A stretch of 64,000 nucleotides of DNA from Vicinamibacterales bacterium (lineage in GTDB: Bacteria > Acidobacteriota > Vicinamibacteria > Vicinamibacterales > UBA2999), in NCBI GenBank assembly GCA_050247355.1, contig JBFWUK010000007.1, forward strand, positions 71,100 through 135,099. Direction: 5' to 3'. Below, one piece after another: positions 1 to 9,641 of this stretch (position 1 is its first letter; every line of letters begins with the position of its first letter). The translations under genes were made by a program, and so were the position numbers. Below the pieces are notes generated by a model. That model saw only the letters and a program-made list of their open reading frames with translations. It was not told where the DNA came from and made no database searches.

Positions 1-360
1 CTGGTGATGGCGATCTTCACCGAGCTGCAGCAGGTGCTGCTCAACTTCGCGATTAACGCCGAGCAGGCCATCGTCCACGGCGCCGGCGCGCGGCGGCAGA
101 TCGTGATTCGCACCGGCGATCGCGACGGCTGGGCCTGGCTCGAGGTGGAAGACTCCGGCGCCGGCGTGGCGCCCGAGGACGAGGCCAAGCTGTTTCAGCC
201 GTTCCACACCACCAAGCCGGTCGGCGAGGGCACTGGCCTTGGCCTGTCGGTCAGCTACGACATCATCCGCACCTACGGCGGCCGCATCGGCTATCGGCGC
301 GCGCCCGCCGGCGGCGCCGTCTTCTTCTTCGAACTGCCCATCGTCAAGGACGAGAGTTAA
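1..360 (+). CDS. Sensor histidine kinase, C-terminal HATPase_c fragment (5' end lies outside the window)
   Basis: The ORF is open to the window edge. It contains DSGAGV and GTGLGLSVSYDIIRTYGGRIGY, which are the G1/G2 ATP-lid boxes of the histidine kinase ATPase domain. Confidence 0.8.
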   Translation: MVMAIFTELQQVLLNFAINAEQAIVHGAGARRQIVIRTGDRDGWAWLEVEDSGAGVAPEDEAKLFQPFHTTKPVGEGTGLGLSVSYDIIRTYGGRIGYRRAPAGGAVFFFELPIVKDES

Positions 361-372
361 CTCTTCACTCCC

Positions 373-1572
373 ATGACCACCCGCCTCTACTACACCGAAC
401 CCTACCGCACCGAATTCGACGCGACCGTCACCGCCGTCGACGTCGTTGACGGCCGTCCCTGCGTCACGCTCGACCAGACGGCGTTCTATCCGACCTCGGG
501 AGGCCAGCCGTTCGACACCGGCACGCTCGGCGGCGCCGCGGTCAGCGACGTCATCGACCGCGAGGACGGCACCATCGCCCACGTCACGGCCGCGTCGTTG
601 CGGGTGGGCGAGGTCGTGCAGGGGGTCGTCGATTGGGCGCGCCGGTTCGACCACATGCAGCAGCACACCGGCCAGCACGTGCTGTCGGCGGCATTCGACC
701 GCCTGTTTGGCGTCCGCACCGAGAGCTTTCACATGGGCACCGTGTCGGCAACGATCGACCTGGCCCGGGAGGTCAGCGCGATCGAAGTGGCGAAGGCCGA
801 AGACGAGGCCAATCGCATTGTCTGGGAGGACCGCCCGGTCGCCATCCGTTTTGCGACCGCCGAAGAGGCGGCGGCGATGCCGCTTCGGAAAGAGCCGGCT
901 CGCACCGGGGCGCTGCGGTTGATCGAAGTCGAGGATTTCGACTTGTCCGCGTGCGGCGGCACGCATGTGGCGCGGACCGGCGCCATTGGCGTGATCGCCA
1001 TCGGTGGCTGGGAGAAGTTCCGCGGCGGTTCGCGGGTCGAGTTCCTGTGCGGCGGCCGTGCCCTCACGCGCTTCCGCATGTGGCGCGACTCCCTGGCGGC
1101 GACCCAGAAGTTCCTGTCCGTGGCGCCGGAGGAGATGGCGGCGGCCGTGGAGCGGATGCAGGCCGACAGCAAGGCCCGGCAGCGAACGTTGCGCGGGTTC
1201 CAGGAGAAGCTTGCGACTCACGAAGCTCACGCGCTACTGGAGAAGGCGACGCGGGCCGGCGAGCATCTCGTCCTGATCGAAACCCTTGACGGCTGGGATG
1301 CGCAGGGGCTGAAGGCCATTGCCGTGGCTGCCGCGGCCGCCCAGCCGAATGCCGTCGTCGCCCTCTTCTCGGCGGCGACTCCGGCACTGGTCGTGATCGC
1401 GCGCGGCAGTGCCGCAACGGCAGATGCCGGCGCGCTGCTCAAGGGACTAGTCGCCGAGTTCGGCGGCAAGGGCGGCGGCAAGCCCGACCTTGCGCAAGGC
1501 GGCGGGCTGGCGGGCTCGGCCGTGCAACTCAAGTCGGCCATCAGCACGCTGCTGGGTGTGCCAGCGGTATAA
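373..1572 (+). CDS. alaX: AlaX-L type alanyl-tRNA editing protein (AlaRS second additional domain plus DHHA1-like C-terminus)
   Basis: 399 aa. Carries HTGQHVLSAAF (HxxxH) and CGGTHV zinc/editing motifs. The glycine-rich GGKGGGKPDLAQGGG end is typical of the DHHA1 region. Confidence 0.8.
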   Translation: MTTRLYYTEPYRTEFDATVTAVDVVDGRPCVTLDQTAFYPTSGGQPFDTGTLGGAAVSDVIDREDGTIAHVTAASLRVGEVVQGVVDWARRFDHMQQHTGQHVLSAAFDRLFGVRTESFHMGTVSATIDLAREVSAIEVAKAEDEANRIVWEDRPVAIRFATAEEAAAMPLRKEPARTGALRLIEVEDFDLSACGGTHVARTGAIGVIAIGGWEKFRGGSRVEFLCGGRALTRFRMWRDSLAATQKFLSVAPEEMAAAVERMQADSKARQRTLRGFQEKLATHEAHALLEKATRAGEHLVLIETLDGWDAQGLKAIAVAAAAAQPNAVVALFSAATPALVVIARGSAATADAGALLKGLVAEFGGKGGGKPDLAQGGGLAGSAVQLKSAISTLLGVPAV

Positions 1573-1624
1573 TCGCCGCGCATTCGACCCGTAACGGGTG
1601 CTGCAACAATCCCGGAGGCAACTC

Positions 1625-3922
1625 ATGCACGCTTCTCCTGCCGTCGCGCGCCGCGCGGCCGCCGTCGTCGTCCTGATCGCCGTGTCGTCGTGGGGCAGCC
1701 TGACCGGGCCGTCGGCCCAGGCCCAGCAGGCCGCGCCGCGACCCATGACGTTCCTCGACATGCAGCAGCTGCGCCAGGCCTCCGCCCTGACGCCGAGCCC
1801 GGACGGCCAATGGCTGCTCTACACGCTGTCGTCGCCCGATTGGAAAGAAGCGAAGCGCCAGACCGACCTCTACCTGGTGTCGACGCAGCAGGGACTGCCG
1901 TCGACGAAGCAGCTGACTTTCACGAAGGAAAAGAACGAGACGAGGCCGGCGTGGTCGCGCGACGGCCGTTTCTTCGTGTTCCTGTCGAACCGCGAAGCGC
2001 CCGCCAACGCCGAGTCGCGCAACCAGTTGTACCTGATGCGCCCCGACGGCGGCGAGGCACGCCGCATCTCCGACACCAAGGAAGGGGTCGCCGATTTCGC
2101 GTTCAGCAAGGACGGGCGCTGGCTCGCTTACCGGACCGGCAAGTCAGGCGAGGAGCAGCTGTTCCGGCTGCCGGCCGGCGAGCTCGACACGGCGGTGGCC
2201 GAGCAGATCACGAAACATCCGACCGGCGTGGAGAGCTGGGAGTGGGCCCCGGACGGGCTGCGAATCTACTTCGTGACCCCGGACCAGATTGACGCCGACG
2301 AGAAGCTGCGGCGCGACAAGAAGTTCACCGTCAACATCCGCAATCCGGAAACGCCGGTCTCGAGCCTGTGGGCGCTCGACCTCGAACCGGGCACGACGAA
2401 GCGGCTCACCGACGGCGCCTATTCGGCCGATGACGTCAGGATCTCGAAGGACGGCAAGTGGGTCGGCTTCCGCGGCAAGTCGAAGGAGCGCTACAAGCGC
2501 GGCATCACGTCCGAGAACATCTACGCCGACCTTTACCTGCTAGAAGTAGCCACCGGCCATATCGAGCGGCTGACCGAGAACGCAGAAGTCGGCGAGAGCG
2601 CGCTCAGCTTCTCGCCCGACAGCCAGAAGGTCGCCTTTTCGGGTCCGGATGACCTGAAGACCTACGGCATGAGCAACGCCCGGGTCTACGTGCGCGCCGT
2701 CACGGAACGCGGGCAGCCGTTCCGCAAGCTTGGCGAGACCTTTGACGGCGACGTGTCGGTTGGTTTCTGGGCGAAGGACAGCAGCACCATTTACTTCAAC
2801 GAGGGCATCCGCGCCACCAACCAGATTGTCGCGCTCGACGTGCAGCGCAACACGGTGCGGCCGCTGACCGAGGAGAAGGCGAGCGTCGCGATCGAGCAGG
2901 ACCAGGACACCGGCGTGCTCCTGATCAACTACTCCGACGGCACGACCCCGGCGACCGTCTACACGGTGGGCGCCGTGGCCGACGCCAGCACCCGCTCGAC
3001 GTGGCGGCAGCTCACCGACCCCAATCCCCAGGTCCGCGGCTTCGCGCTGGGGCAGCAGGAAGAGATCGCCTGGAAGTCGAAGGACGGCACCATGGTGGGC
3101 GGCGTGCTCGTGAAGCCGGTGGGCTATCGGGCGGGCCAGCGTTATCCGCTGATCGTCGCCATCCACGGCGGTCCGGCGTCTGCCGACGTGCTGTCGTTCA
3201 ACGGCGGCTACGGTTCGCAGGTCTACGCCGGCGCCGGCTACGTCGTGCTGCGGCCGAACTACCGCGGGTCCACCAATTACGGCATCAAGCTCAAGACCGG
3301 CATCGTCGGCAACTACATGGCGCCCGGCTACGACGACATCATGGCGGGCGTCGATCACCTGATCGCGCAGGGCATTGCCGACCCCGATCGCATGGGGGCG
3401 CTCGGCTGGAGCGCCGGCGGCCACTGGTCCAACTGGATCCTGACCCACACCGATCGCTTCAAGGCGATCAGCACCGGCGCCGGCACCATGAACTGGATCT
3501 CGATGTACGCGCAGAGCGACGTGCAGCGCAACCGCCAGTACTACCTGGGCGACAAGCTGCCCTACGACGACTTCGACGCCTACTGGAACCAGTCGCCGCT
3601 GAAATACATCAAGAACGCCAGGACGCCGACCATGATCCACGTCGTCGAAGGCGATCCGCGGGTGCCGAGTCCGCAGTCGGTTGAACTGCACATGGCGCTC
3701 AAGCAGCTCGGCGTGACCACCGAGTTGTACATGTATCCCGGCAACACCCACGGCATTCCCGACCCGCGCAACCAGCTGGTGAAGTCGGTCAGCGAGATGG
3801 CCTGGATGGACTTCTACGTGCGAGGGATGGGACAGAAGTTCTCGTGGCGTGACGTGCTGAAGACCCTGGAAGACGAGGCTGCCGCACCAAAGGTGTTGAG
3901 CGAAGCCGGCGCCAAACGCTGA
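1625..3922 (+). CDS. S9 family serine peptidase (prolyl oligopeptidase / acylaminoacyl-peptidase type), secreted
   Basis: Signal-like N-terminus (AAVVVLIAV...AQAQQ), long propeller-like region, GWSAGG nucleophile elbow and C-terminal VVEGDPRVP and GNTHG. A GGAGG Shine-Dalgarno sits 6 nt before ATG 1625. The ORF-track start at 1598 is an in-frame upstream GTG. Confidence 0.85.
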   Translation: MHASPAVARRAAAVVVLIAVSSWGSLTGPSAQAQQAAPRPMTFLDMQQLRQASALTPSPDGQWLLYTLSSPDWKEAKRQTDLYLVSTQQGLPSTKQLTFTKEKNETRPAWSRDGRFFVFLSNREAPANAESRNQLYLMRPDGGEARRISDTKEGVADFAFSKDGRWLAYRTGKSGEEQLFRLPAGELDTAVAEQITKHPTGVESWEWAPDGLRIYFVTPDQIDADEKLRRDKKFTVNIRNPETPVSSLWALDLEPGTTKRLTDGAYSADDVRISKDGKWVGFRGKSKERYKRGITSENIYADLYLLEVATGHIERLTENAEVGESALSFSPDSQKVAFSGPDDLKTYGMSNARVYVRAVTERGQPFRKLGETFDGDVSVGFWAKDSSTIYFNEGIRATNQIVALDVQRNTVRPLTEEKASVAIEQDQDTGVLLINYSDGTTPATVYTVGAVADASTRSTWRQLTDPNPQVRGFALGQQEEIAWKSKDGTMVGGVLVKPVGYRAGQRYPLIVAIHGGPASADVLSFNGGYGSQVYAGAGYVVLRPNYRGSTNYGIKLKTGIVGNYMAPGYDDIMAGVDHLIAQGIADPDRMGALGWSAGGHWSNWILTHTDRFKAISTGAGTMNWISMYAQSDVQRNRQYYLGDKLPYDDFDAYWNQSPLKYIKNARTPTMIHVVEGDPRVPSPQSVELHMALKQLGVTTELYMYPGNTHGIPDPRNQLVKSVSEMAWMDFYVRGMGQKFSWRDVLKTLEDEAAAPKVLSEAGAKR

Positions 3923-3940
3923 CCGCGGAACTGATATCGT

Positions 3941-5470
3941 TTGGAGATGCAAGCTCTTCTCGAGAAGCTCCAGATTGAATCGCTGAACCCTGGCGCCTGT
4001 ACCGGCCCCGACGGCTGGATTGCCGAGCCCGACGGCCACAAGCTGACGTCGTTCAACCCCGCCACCGGCGAGGCCATTGCCGCGGTGATGCTGTGCAGCA
4101 CCGGTGCCTACGACCGCGTCGCCGCGGCCGCCACCGAGGCGTTTCGCGCCTGGCGCGAGGTGCCTGCGCCCAAGCGTGGCGAAGTCGTCCGCGACCTCGG
4201 CGAGGCGCTGCGCGAACTGAAGGAACCGCTGGGGGACCTCGTCTCGCTCGAGATGGGGAAGATCCGCGCCGAGGGTCACGGCGAAGTCCAGGAAATGATC
4301 GATATCTGCGAGTTCGCCACCGGGCTGTCGCGGCAGCTCTACGGCTTGACCATCGCGTCGGAACGGCCTGGCCACCGCATGATGGAACAGTGGCACCCGC
4401 TCGGGCCGGTTGGCGTGATCTCGGCGTTCAACTTCCCGGTGGCGGTGTGGTCATGGAACGCGGCGATCGCAGCCGTCTGCGGCGACACGGTGATCTGGAA
4501 GCCGGCGGAGCCGGCGCCGCTCACGGCCGTCGCCGTGCAACACATCGCCAACCGGGTAATGGCCGACCACGGCCTGACGGGTATTTTCACGCTCGCAGCC
4601 GGGTCCGGACGCATCGTCGGCGAAGCCATGCTGAACGACCCCCGGTTGCCGCTGGTGTCGTTCACCGGCTCGACGGCGATTGGGCGGCACGTCGCCGGCA
4701 CGGTTGCAGGACGCTTTGGCCGGACCATCCTCGAGCTGGGCGGCAACAACGCGATCATCGTCGCCGAGGATGCCAATCTCGAGATGGCCGTGCGCGCCAT
4801 CCTGTTCGGCGCGGTCGGCACGGCGGGGCAGCGCTGCACGTCAACCCGCCGCATCATCGCCCACAAGGCCATCTTGCCGGCCCTGACGGAGCGTCTGTTG
4901 AAGGCCTACTCGCAGGTGCGCATCGGCAACCCGCTTGAGACCGGCACGTTGATGGGACCCCTCGTCACCGCCAAGGCGCTGACCGACATGGACGCGGCCA
5001 TCACGCAAGCGGTGGCTGAAGGCGGCACAGTGCTGTGCGGCAACAAGCGCCGGCCCGATCTTGGACCGCAGTTCGTCGAGCCCACCATCATCCGGATGCC
5101 GGCTCAGTCCGCCGTTGTCCAGCAAGAGACGTTCGCGCCCATCCTCTACCTGCTTGAATACGAGCGGTTCGAGGATGCGCTGGCGATGCACAACGGCGTG
5201 CCGCAAGGCCTGTCGAGTGCCGTCTTTACCGAGAGCATGCGCCGAGCCGAGGAGTTCCTGTCACCGCGAGGCTCGGACTGCGGCATTGCCAATGTCAATA
5301 TCGGCACGTCAGGCGCCGAGATCGGCGGCGCCTTTGGTGGCGAGAAAGAAACCGGCGGCGGCCGCGAGTCGGGGTCCGACGCGTGGAAGGCCTACATGCG
5401 CCGGCAGACCAACACCGTGAACTGGTCCACGGCGCTGCCGCTGGCGCAGGGGATCACCTTCGGCGATTAG
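3941..5470 (+). CDS. Aldehyde dehydrogenase, ALDH7 (alpha-aminoadipic semialdehyde / piperideine-6-carboxylate dehydrogenase)-like
   Basis: 509 aa. Motifs include ELGGNNA and a catalytic Cys in GQRCTSTRR. The N-terminus and EMGKIRAEGHGEVQEMIDICEF resemble antiquitin-type ALDH7. An alternative ATG lies at 3947. Confidence 0.8.
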   Translation: MEMQALLEKLQIESLNPGACTGPDGWIAEPDGHKLTSFNPATGEAIAAVMLCSTGAYDRVAAAATEAFRAWREVPAPKRGEVVRDLGEALRELKEPLGDLVSLEMGKIRAEGHGEVQEMIDICEFATGLSRQLYGLTIASERPGHRMMEQWHPLGPVGVISAFNFPVAVWSWNAAIAAVCGDTVIWKPAEPAPLTAVAVQHIANRVMADHGLTGIFTLAAGSGRIVGEAMLNDPRLPLVSFTGSTAIGRHVAGTVAGRFGRTILELGGNNAIIVAEDANLEMAVRAILFGAVGTAGQRCTSTRRIIAHKAILPALTERLLKAYSQVRIGNPLETGTLMGPLVTAKALTDMDAAITQAVAEGGTVLCGNKRRPDLGPQFVEPTIIRMPAQSAVVQQETFAPILYLLEYERFEDALAMHNGVPQGLSSAVFTESMRRAEEFLSPRGSDCGIANVNIGTSGAEIGGAFGGEKETGGGRESGSDAWKAYMRRQTNTVNWSTALPLAQGITFGD

Positions 5471-5496
5471 CCGAAGGGAGCAAGCGCCAGGAGCGT

Positions 5497-6264
5497 CTAT
5501 TTCGGGGCCATTCGCAACGAGCCGTCCAGGCGAATCACCTCGCCATTCAGCATCTCGTTCTCGATGATGTGGCGCACCAGCGCCCCGTACTCGGCCGGTC
5601 GGCCCAGCCGCGATGGGAACGGCACCTGCTGTCCTAACGACACGCGGGCGGCCTCGGGCAGCGACGCCAGCAGCGGCGTGTCGAAGATGCCCGGTGCGAT
5701 CGTGACCACGCGAATGCCCAACTGCGCGAACTCGCGCGCGATTGGCAGCGTCATGCTGACGATGGCGCCCTTCGACGCGGCGTAGGCGGGCTGGCCGATC
5801 TGGCCGTCGTAGGCGGCAATCGACGCGGTGTTGACGATGACACCGCGCTCGCCGGTGCTGTCGGGTGTGTTCTGCGAGATGACGGCAGCGGCCAGGCGGA
5901 TCACGTTGAACGTGCCCACCGCGTTGATTCGCAGCGTCTTCTCGAACAGGTCGAGCGCGTGCGGGCCGTTGCGGCCCAGCACCTTGGCGGCCGGGCCAAT
6001 GCCGGCGGCATTGACGACGCCGTGGAGGCCGCCGAAGGCCGTCACCGCGAGCTGGACCGCGGCCTTGACCTGTTCTTCGCTGGTCACGTCGGCCTGCGCG
6101 AACTTCACATTGGCGCCGAGGGCCTGTTCAGCCGCCGCGCCGGTCTCGGCGTTGACATCAAGAAGGACGGCGTGTCCACCGCCGGCGAGAATTGCCTCGG
6201 CCGAGGCCCGGCCCAGGCCAGAGGCGCCGCCGGTGACAATGAAGGTCTTTCCGGAAATATTCAT
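5497..6264 (-). CDS. Short-chain dehydrogenase/reductase, 3-hydroxyacyl-CoA dehydrogenase type-2-like
   Basis: Only the last 255 codons of the 569-aa ORF look coding. It begins [18 protein letters not shown] (TGxxxGxG) and carries YAASK (YxxxK). The upstream 300 codons overlap the next gene on the antisense strand. Confidence 0.85.
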   Translation of the reverse strand: MNISGKTFIVTGGASGLGRASAEAILAGGGHAVLLDVNAETGAAAEQALGANVKFAQADVTSEEQVKAAVQLAVTAFGGLHGVVNAAGIGPAAKVLGRNGPHALDLFEKTLRINAVGTFNVIRLAAAVISQNTPDSTGERGVIVNTASIAAYDGQIGQPAYAASKGAIVSMTLPIAREFAQLGIRVVTIAPGIFDTPLLASLPEAARVSLGQQVPFPSRLGRPAEYGALVRHIIENEMLNGEVIRLDGSLRMAPK

Positions 6265-6330
6265 GAGGGCTCCAAACGGCCGCCCATAAAGGGCGGCCCT
6301 ACGAGATCGTAGCGTAGAATTGAAGGATTC

Positions 6331-7746
6331 ATGACCTCCTACGACAAGCACTACTACGACGGCGCCTGGCAGGCCTCGGCCGGCGCTGAAAGCATCCCCG
6401 TCATTTCGTCGGCGACCGAAGCGGAAGTCGCCCGCGTGCCGCGTGGCACCACTGGCGACGTGGATCAGGCCGTCAAGGCGGCGCGCCGCGGGTTCGAGGC
6501 CTGGAGCCGCGTGCCGGTTGAAGATCGCGCGCAGTGGCTCGAGAAGCTGGCGACTGCCATGAAGACGCGCGTGCCGCAACTGGCCGAGGCGATCTCGCAC
6601 GAGGTCGGCACCTCGCTCGGCTACGCCACCAAGGTCCAGGTCGAGTTCCCGATCATGATGATCGGCATGAACGCCAAGTTCCTGCGCGAGGCCAGGCTCG
6701 AGGAGGAACTGGGTAACTCCCTGATCATCAAGGAGCCCATCGGCGTCGTCGGCTGCATCACCCCGTGGAATTACCCGCTCCACCAGATCGTCTGCAAGAT
6801 CGCGCCGGCGCTCGCCGCCGGCTGCACGGTGGTGCTGAAGCCGGCGGAGATGGCGCCGCTCAGTGCCTTCATGCTGGCCGAGGCGGCGCACGAGATCGGC
6901 CTGCCGGCCGGCGTCCTCAATATCGTCTCCGGTTCCGGCCGCGTGGTGGGCGAGGCGATCGTTGCCCACCCGGATGTGGACATGGTGAGCTTCACCGGAT
7001 CGCTGCAGGCCGGCCGGCGCATTGCGTCGGTCGCCGGCGACGGCATCAAGAAGGTGTGTCTCGAACTTGGCGGCAAGTCGGCGTTCGTCGTCCTGGACGA
7101 TGCGCCGTTTGACAAGGCGATTGCCGCCGGCGTGAACAACTGCATGCAGAACTCTGGTCAGACCTGCTCGGCGTGGACGCGCATGCTGGTGCCGCGTTCG
7201 CGTCACGATGAAGCGGTGGAACTCGCCAAGGCGCAGCTCGCGAAGCTCACGCTCGGCGATCCGTTCGACAAGAACACCCGGCTGGGACCGCTGGCCTCTG
7301 CCGGTCAGCGCGACAGCGTGCTCGGCTTCATCGAGCAGGGCAAGAAAGAAGGCGCCACGCTGGTGGCTGGCGGCGGCCGGCCGGCCGAACTCGCAACCGG
7401 CTTCTACGTCGAGCCGACCATCTTCGCGAACGTCGATAACAAGATGGCGATCGCGCAGGAGGAGATCTTCGGACCCGTGCTGGCGATCATCCCGTACGAC
7501 ACCGAGGCCGACGCCGTCGCCATCGCCAACGACTCGCCGTACGGGTTGGCCGGCGGCGTATGGGCGGGCACTCCCGAGCGCGCCCTGAACGTGGCGAAGC
7601 AGTTGCGCACCGGCCAGGTCGACATCAACGGCGGCCGCTTCAACGCGCTGGCGCCGTTTGGCGGTTACAAGAAGTCGGGCATTGGCCGCGAGATTGGACC
7701 GCTCGCGCTCGAAGAGTTCTTTCAGTTGAAATCCATTCAGCGCTGA
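6331..7746 (+). CDS. NAD(P)-dependent aldehyde dehydrogenase
   Basis: 471 aa with FTGS, ELGGKSA and a catalytic Cys in [16 protein letters not shown] Shine-Dalgarno precedes the ATG. Confidence 0.85.
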   Translation: MTSYDKHYYDGAWQASAGAESIPVISSATEAEVARVPRGTTGDVDQAVKAARRGFEAWSRVPVEDRAQWLEKLATAMKTRVPQLAEAISHEVGTSLGYATKVQVEFPIMMIGMNAKFLREARLEEELGNSLIIKEPIGVVGCITPWNYPLHQIVCKIAPALAAGCTVVLKPAEMAPLSAFMLAEAAHEIGLPAGVLNIVSGSGRVVGEAIVAHPDVDMVSFTGSLQAGRRIASVAGDGIKKVCLELGGKSAFVVLDDAPFDKAIAAGVNNCMQNSGQTCSAWTRMLVPRSRHDEAVELAKAQLAKLTLGDPFDKNTRLGPLASAGQRDSVLGFIEQGKKEGATLVAGGGRPAELATGFYVEPTIFANVDNKMAIAQEEIFGPVLAIIPYDTEADAVAIANDSPYGLAGGVWAGTPERALNVAKQLRTGQVDINGGRFNALAPFGGYKKSGIGREIGPLALEEFFQLKSIQR

Positions 7747-7759
7747 CGGCAGACACGGA

Positions 7760-8386
7760 ATGTTCGCATTTCTTGCGGGAATCGCGGCGGGCCTGTTGCA
7801 TGTCGTCTCCGGGCCCGATCACCTGGCGGCGGTGGCGCCGCTGGCGTCGGATCGCGACCGCGGCCAGTGGCTGACGGGGCTGCAGTGGGGTATCGGTCAC
7901 ACCATGGGCGTGCTGCTGATCGCCGCCCTCCTCCTGTTGTTCAAGGAGCAACTGCCGCTTGACGCGGTGTCAGCCTACAGCGAGCGGATTGTCGGCGCCT
8001 CTCTGATCGTGATTGGCGCCTGGGGCTTGCGCCGTGCCTGGGTGCTGAAGTGCTCGAGTGCCGGGGTGCTGAGGTGCCAGGATGCTGAGGTCCACTCTCA
8101 CACCCACGCCGGTGCGTCGTTTTCGATGGGCACCATTCACGGCCTGGCCGGCAGCTCGCACTTGTTCGGCGTGCTCCCCGCCCTGGCCTTTCCATCGCGC
8201 GCCGCTTCGGTGTTGTATCTTGCCGGGTTTGGCCTGGGCGCCATTGCCGGCATGACGGCCTTTTCAGCGGCAGTTGGCCTGCTGTCTACGAAACTCGATC
8301 GCCGTTCACGCCGCTATAGCGGCGTGCTCTACGCTTCGTCTGCCATGGCGCTGGTGGTGGGCGGCGTCTGGCTGGTTGGGCAGTGA
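7760..8386 (+). CDS. Six-TM membrane protein with a duplicated His motif; putative Ni/Co-type metal transporter
   Basis: Each of two internal halves carries H-x3-G-x-[DS]-H-L ([10 protein letters not shown] and [10 protein letters not shown]). The central loop is Cys/His-rich ([22 protein letters not shown]). The functional assignment is tentative. Confidence 0.5.
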   Translation: MFAFLAGIAAGLLHVVSGPDHLAAVAPLASDRDRGQWLTGLQWGIGHTMGVLLIAALLLLFKEQLPLDAVSAYSERIVGASLIVIGAWGLRRAWVLKCSSAGVLRCQDAEVHSHTHAGASFSMGTIHGLAGSSHLFGVLPALAFPSRAASVLYLAGFGLGAIAGMTAFSAAVGLLSTKLDRRSRRYSGVLYASSAMALVVGGVWLVGQ

Positions 8387-9522
8387 TGCCAAGCTTCAAC
8401 GCGGCGACCGCGGGCAAGCAGCTGCCGGGAGTCGTGGCAGCGTTCATCGTGATGCTGGCCGGCTTCTGGCTGGCCGATCTCATCGGCCAGGCCATTCTCT
8501 CGGCGCAGGGATTGACCGGGAGCAGCCCGGTGTCGGGCGTGCCGGTGGCCATCGTCCTGGGACTGTTGCTGCGCAATACCTTGCCGCTGCCGGCGTCCCT
8601 CTCGCCGGGCCTCAAGTTTGCGACCACGACGGTTCTTCGCGCGGGCATCGTGCTGGTCGGCATCCGGCTCAGCCTGTTCGATGTCCTGAAGCTGGGGCTT
8701 GCCGGCCTGCCGGTCGTGCTGGCCGCGATCACCACCGGCTTGCTGTTCGTGACGTGGATCAACAAGAAGCTCGGCTTGCCACCGCGGCTCGGCACGCTGG
8801 TCGCCGCCGGCACCAGCATCTGCGGCGTGACCGCGATTGTCTCGGTGGCGCCGGCGATCGAGGCCGATGAACGCGAAGTGGCGTACGCCGTAGCCAACGT
8901 CGTCGCGTTCGGGCTGTTCGGGATGCTGGTCTATCCCTATCTGGCGCATTCGCTGCTGACGTCGTCCGAAACCATCGGGCTGTTTCTCGGCACCGCCATT
9001 CACGACACCTCGCAGGTGGTCGGCGCCGCGCTGACCTACAAGCAGGTTTACGAGGATGATGTGGTGCTGCGGGTCGCAACGGTCACCAAGCTGACGCGCA
9101 ATATCTTCCTGGCCGCCGTTATCCCGTTGCTGACCTGGATGCACATCCGCTCGACCGAGGCGGCACTGGGCGGCGTGAAGACGAAGACCAGGTGGACCGC
9201 GCTGATCCCAGGCTTCGTGATTGGCTTCGTGGCGATGGCGGTGGTCCGCTCGGCGGGAGACGCCACGCTTGGATCCGGCGGCGCCGCCTTCGGGGTGTGG
9301 AGCGCGGACGCGTGGGCCTCGATCACCAAGCAACTCGGCGACTACTGGGCGTCGCAAGTCCTGCTGGGCACCGCGATGGCGGCCGTTGGCCTGAACACCA
9401 ACTTCGCGGTGTTCAAGGGCGTGGGCATGAAGCCGTTCGCGGTCGGCATGGCCGGCGCCCTTGCGGTTGGCTCAGTCGGAATGCTGATGGCCGTGATCTT
9501 CGGCCGCTTCGTGCATCTGTAA
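8386..9522 (+). CDS. YeiH/UPF0324 family membrane protein (putative sulfate exporter family)
   Basis: About 10 TM segments. The block CGVTAIVSVAPAIEADEREVAYAVANVVAFG is characteristic of this family. The start overlaps the upstream stop (GTGATG); GTG 8383 is an alternative. Confidence 0.8.
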   Translation: MPSFNAATAGKQLPGVVAAFIVMLAGFWLADLIGQAILSAQGLTGSSPVSGVPVAIVLGLLLRNTLPLPASLSPGLKFATTTVLRAGIVLVGIRLSLFDVLKLGLAGLPVVLAAITTGLLFVTWINKKLGLPPRLGTLVAAGTSICGVTAIVSVAPAIEADEREVAYAVANVVAFGLFGMLVYPYLAHSLLTSSETIGLFLGTAIHDTSQVVGAALTYKQVYEDDVVLRVATVTKLTRNIFLAAVIPLLTWMHIRSTEAALGGVKTKTRWTALIPGFVIGFVAMAVVRSAGDATLGSGGAAFGVWSADAWASITKQLGDYWASQVLLGTAMAAVGLNTNFAVFKGVGMKPFAVGMAGALAVGSVGMLMAVIFGRFVHL

Positions 9523-9525
9523 GAG

Positions 9526-9640
9526 TCAGCCGAGGACACCGAGGACACTGAGTAATTCCTTCTAAACGCGCGTGGGCTGGTTCGAAGCCAGGCCGCATTT
9601 TGAAGGACTGACTCTGAGTCCTTTGTTTCCTCTGTGGCCA
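9526..9640. repeat. Intergenic repeat element, copy A (GAGGACA-rich arms in inverted orientation around a core containing TTCGAAGCCAGGCCGC)
   Basis: The left arm GCCGAGGACACCGAGGACACTGAG (9529-9552) matches the right arm read in reverse complement, GGCCACAGAGGAAACAAAGGACTCTGAG (to 9639). The element fills the whole gap between two convergent stop codons. Related copies lie at 42942 and 52111. Confidence 0.7.
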
Positions 9641-9641
9641 G

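Noticed and set aside
9573-9600. tRNA-like T-arm (GCTGG-TTCGAAG-CCAGG) suggesting a tRNA gene or tRNA-derived att site.
   Set aside because: There is no matching acceptor stem, anticodon arm or D-arm upstream. The outer stem pair is mismatched. The same 16-mer recurs at 43095 in a non-tRNA context, so it is treated as part of the repeat family.
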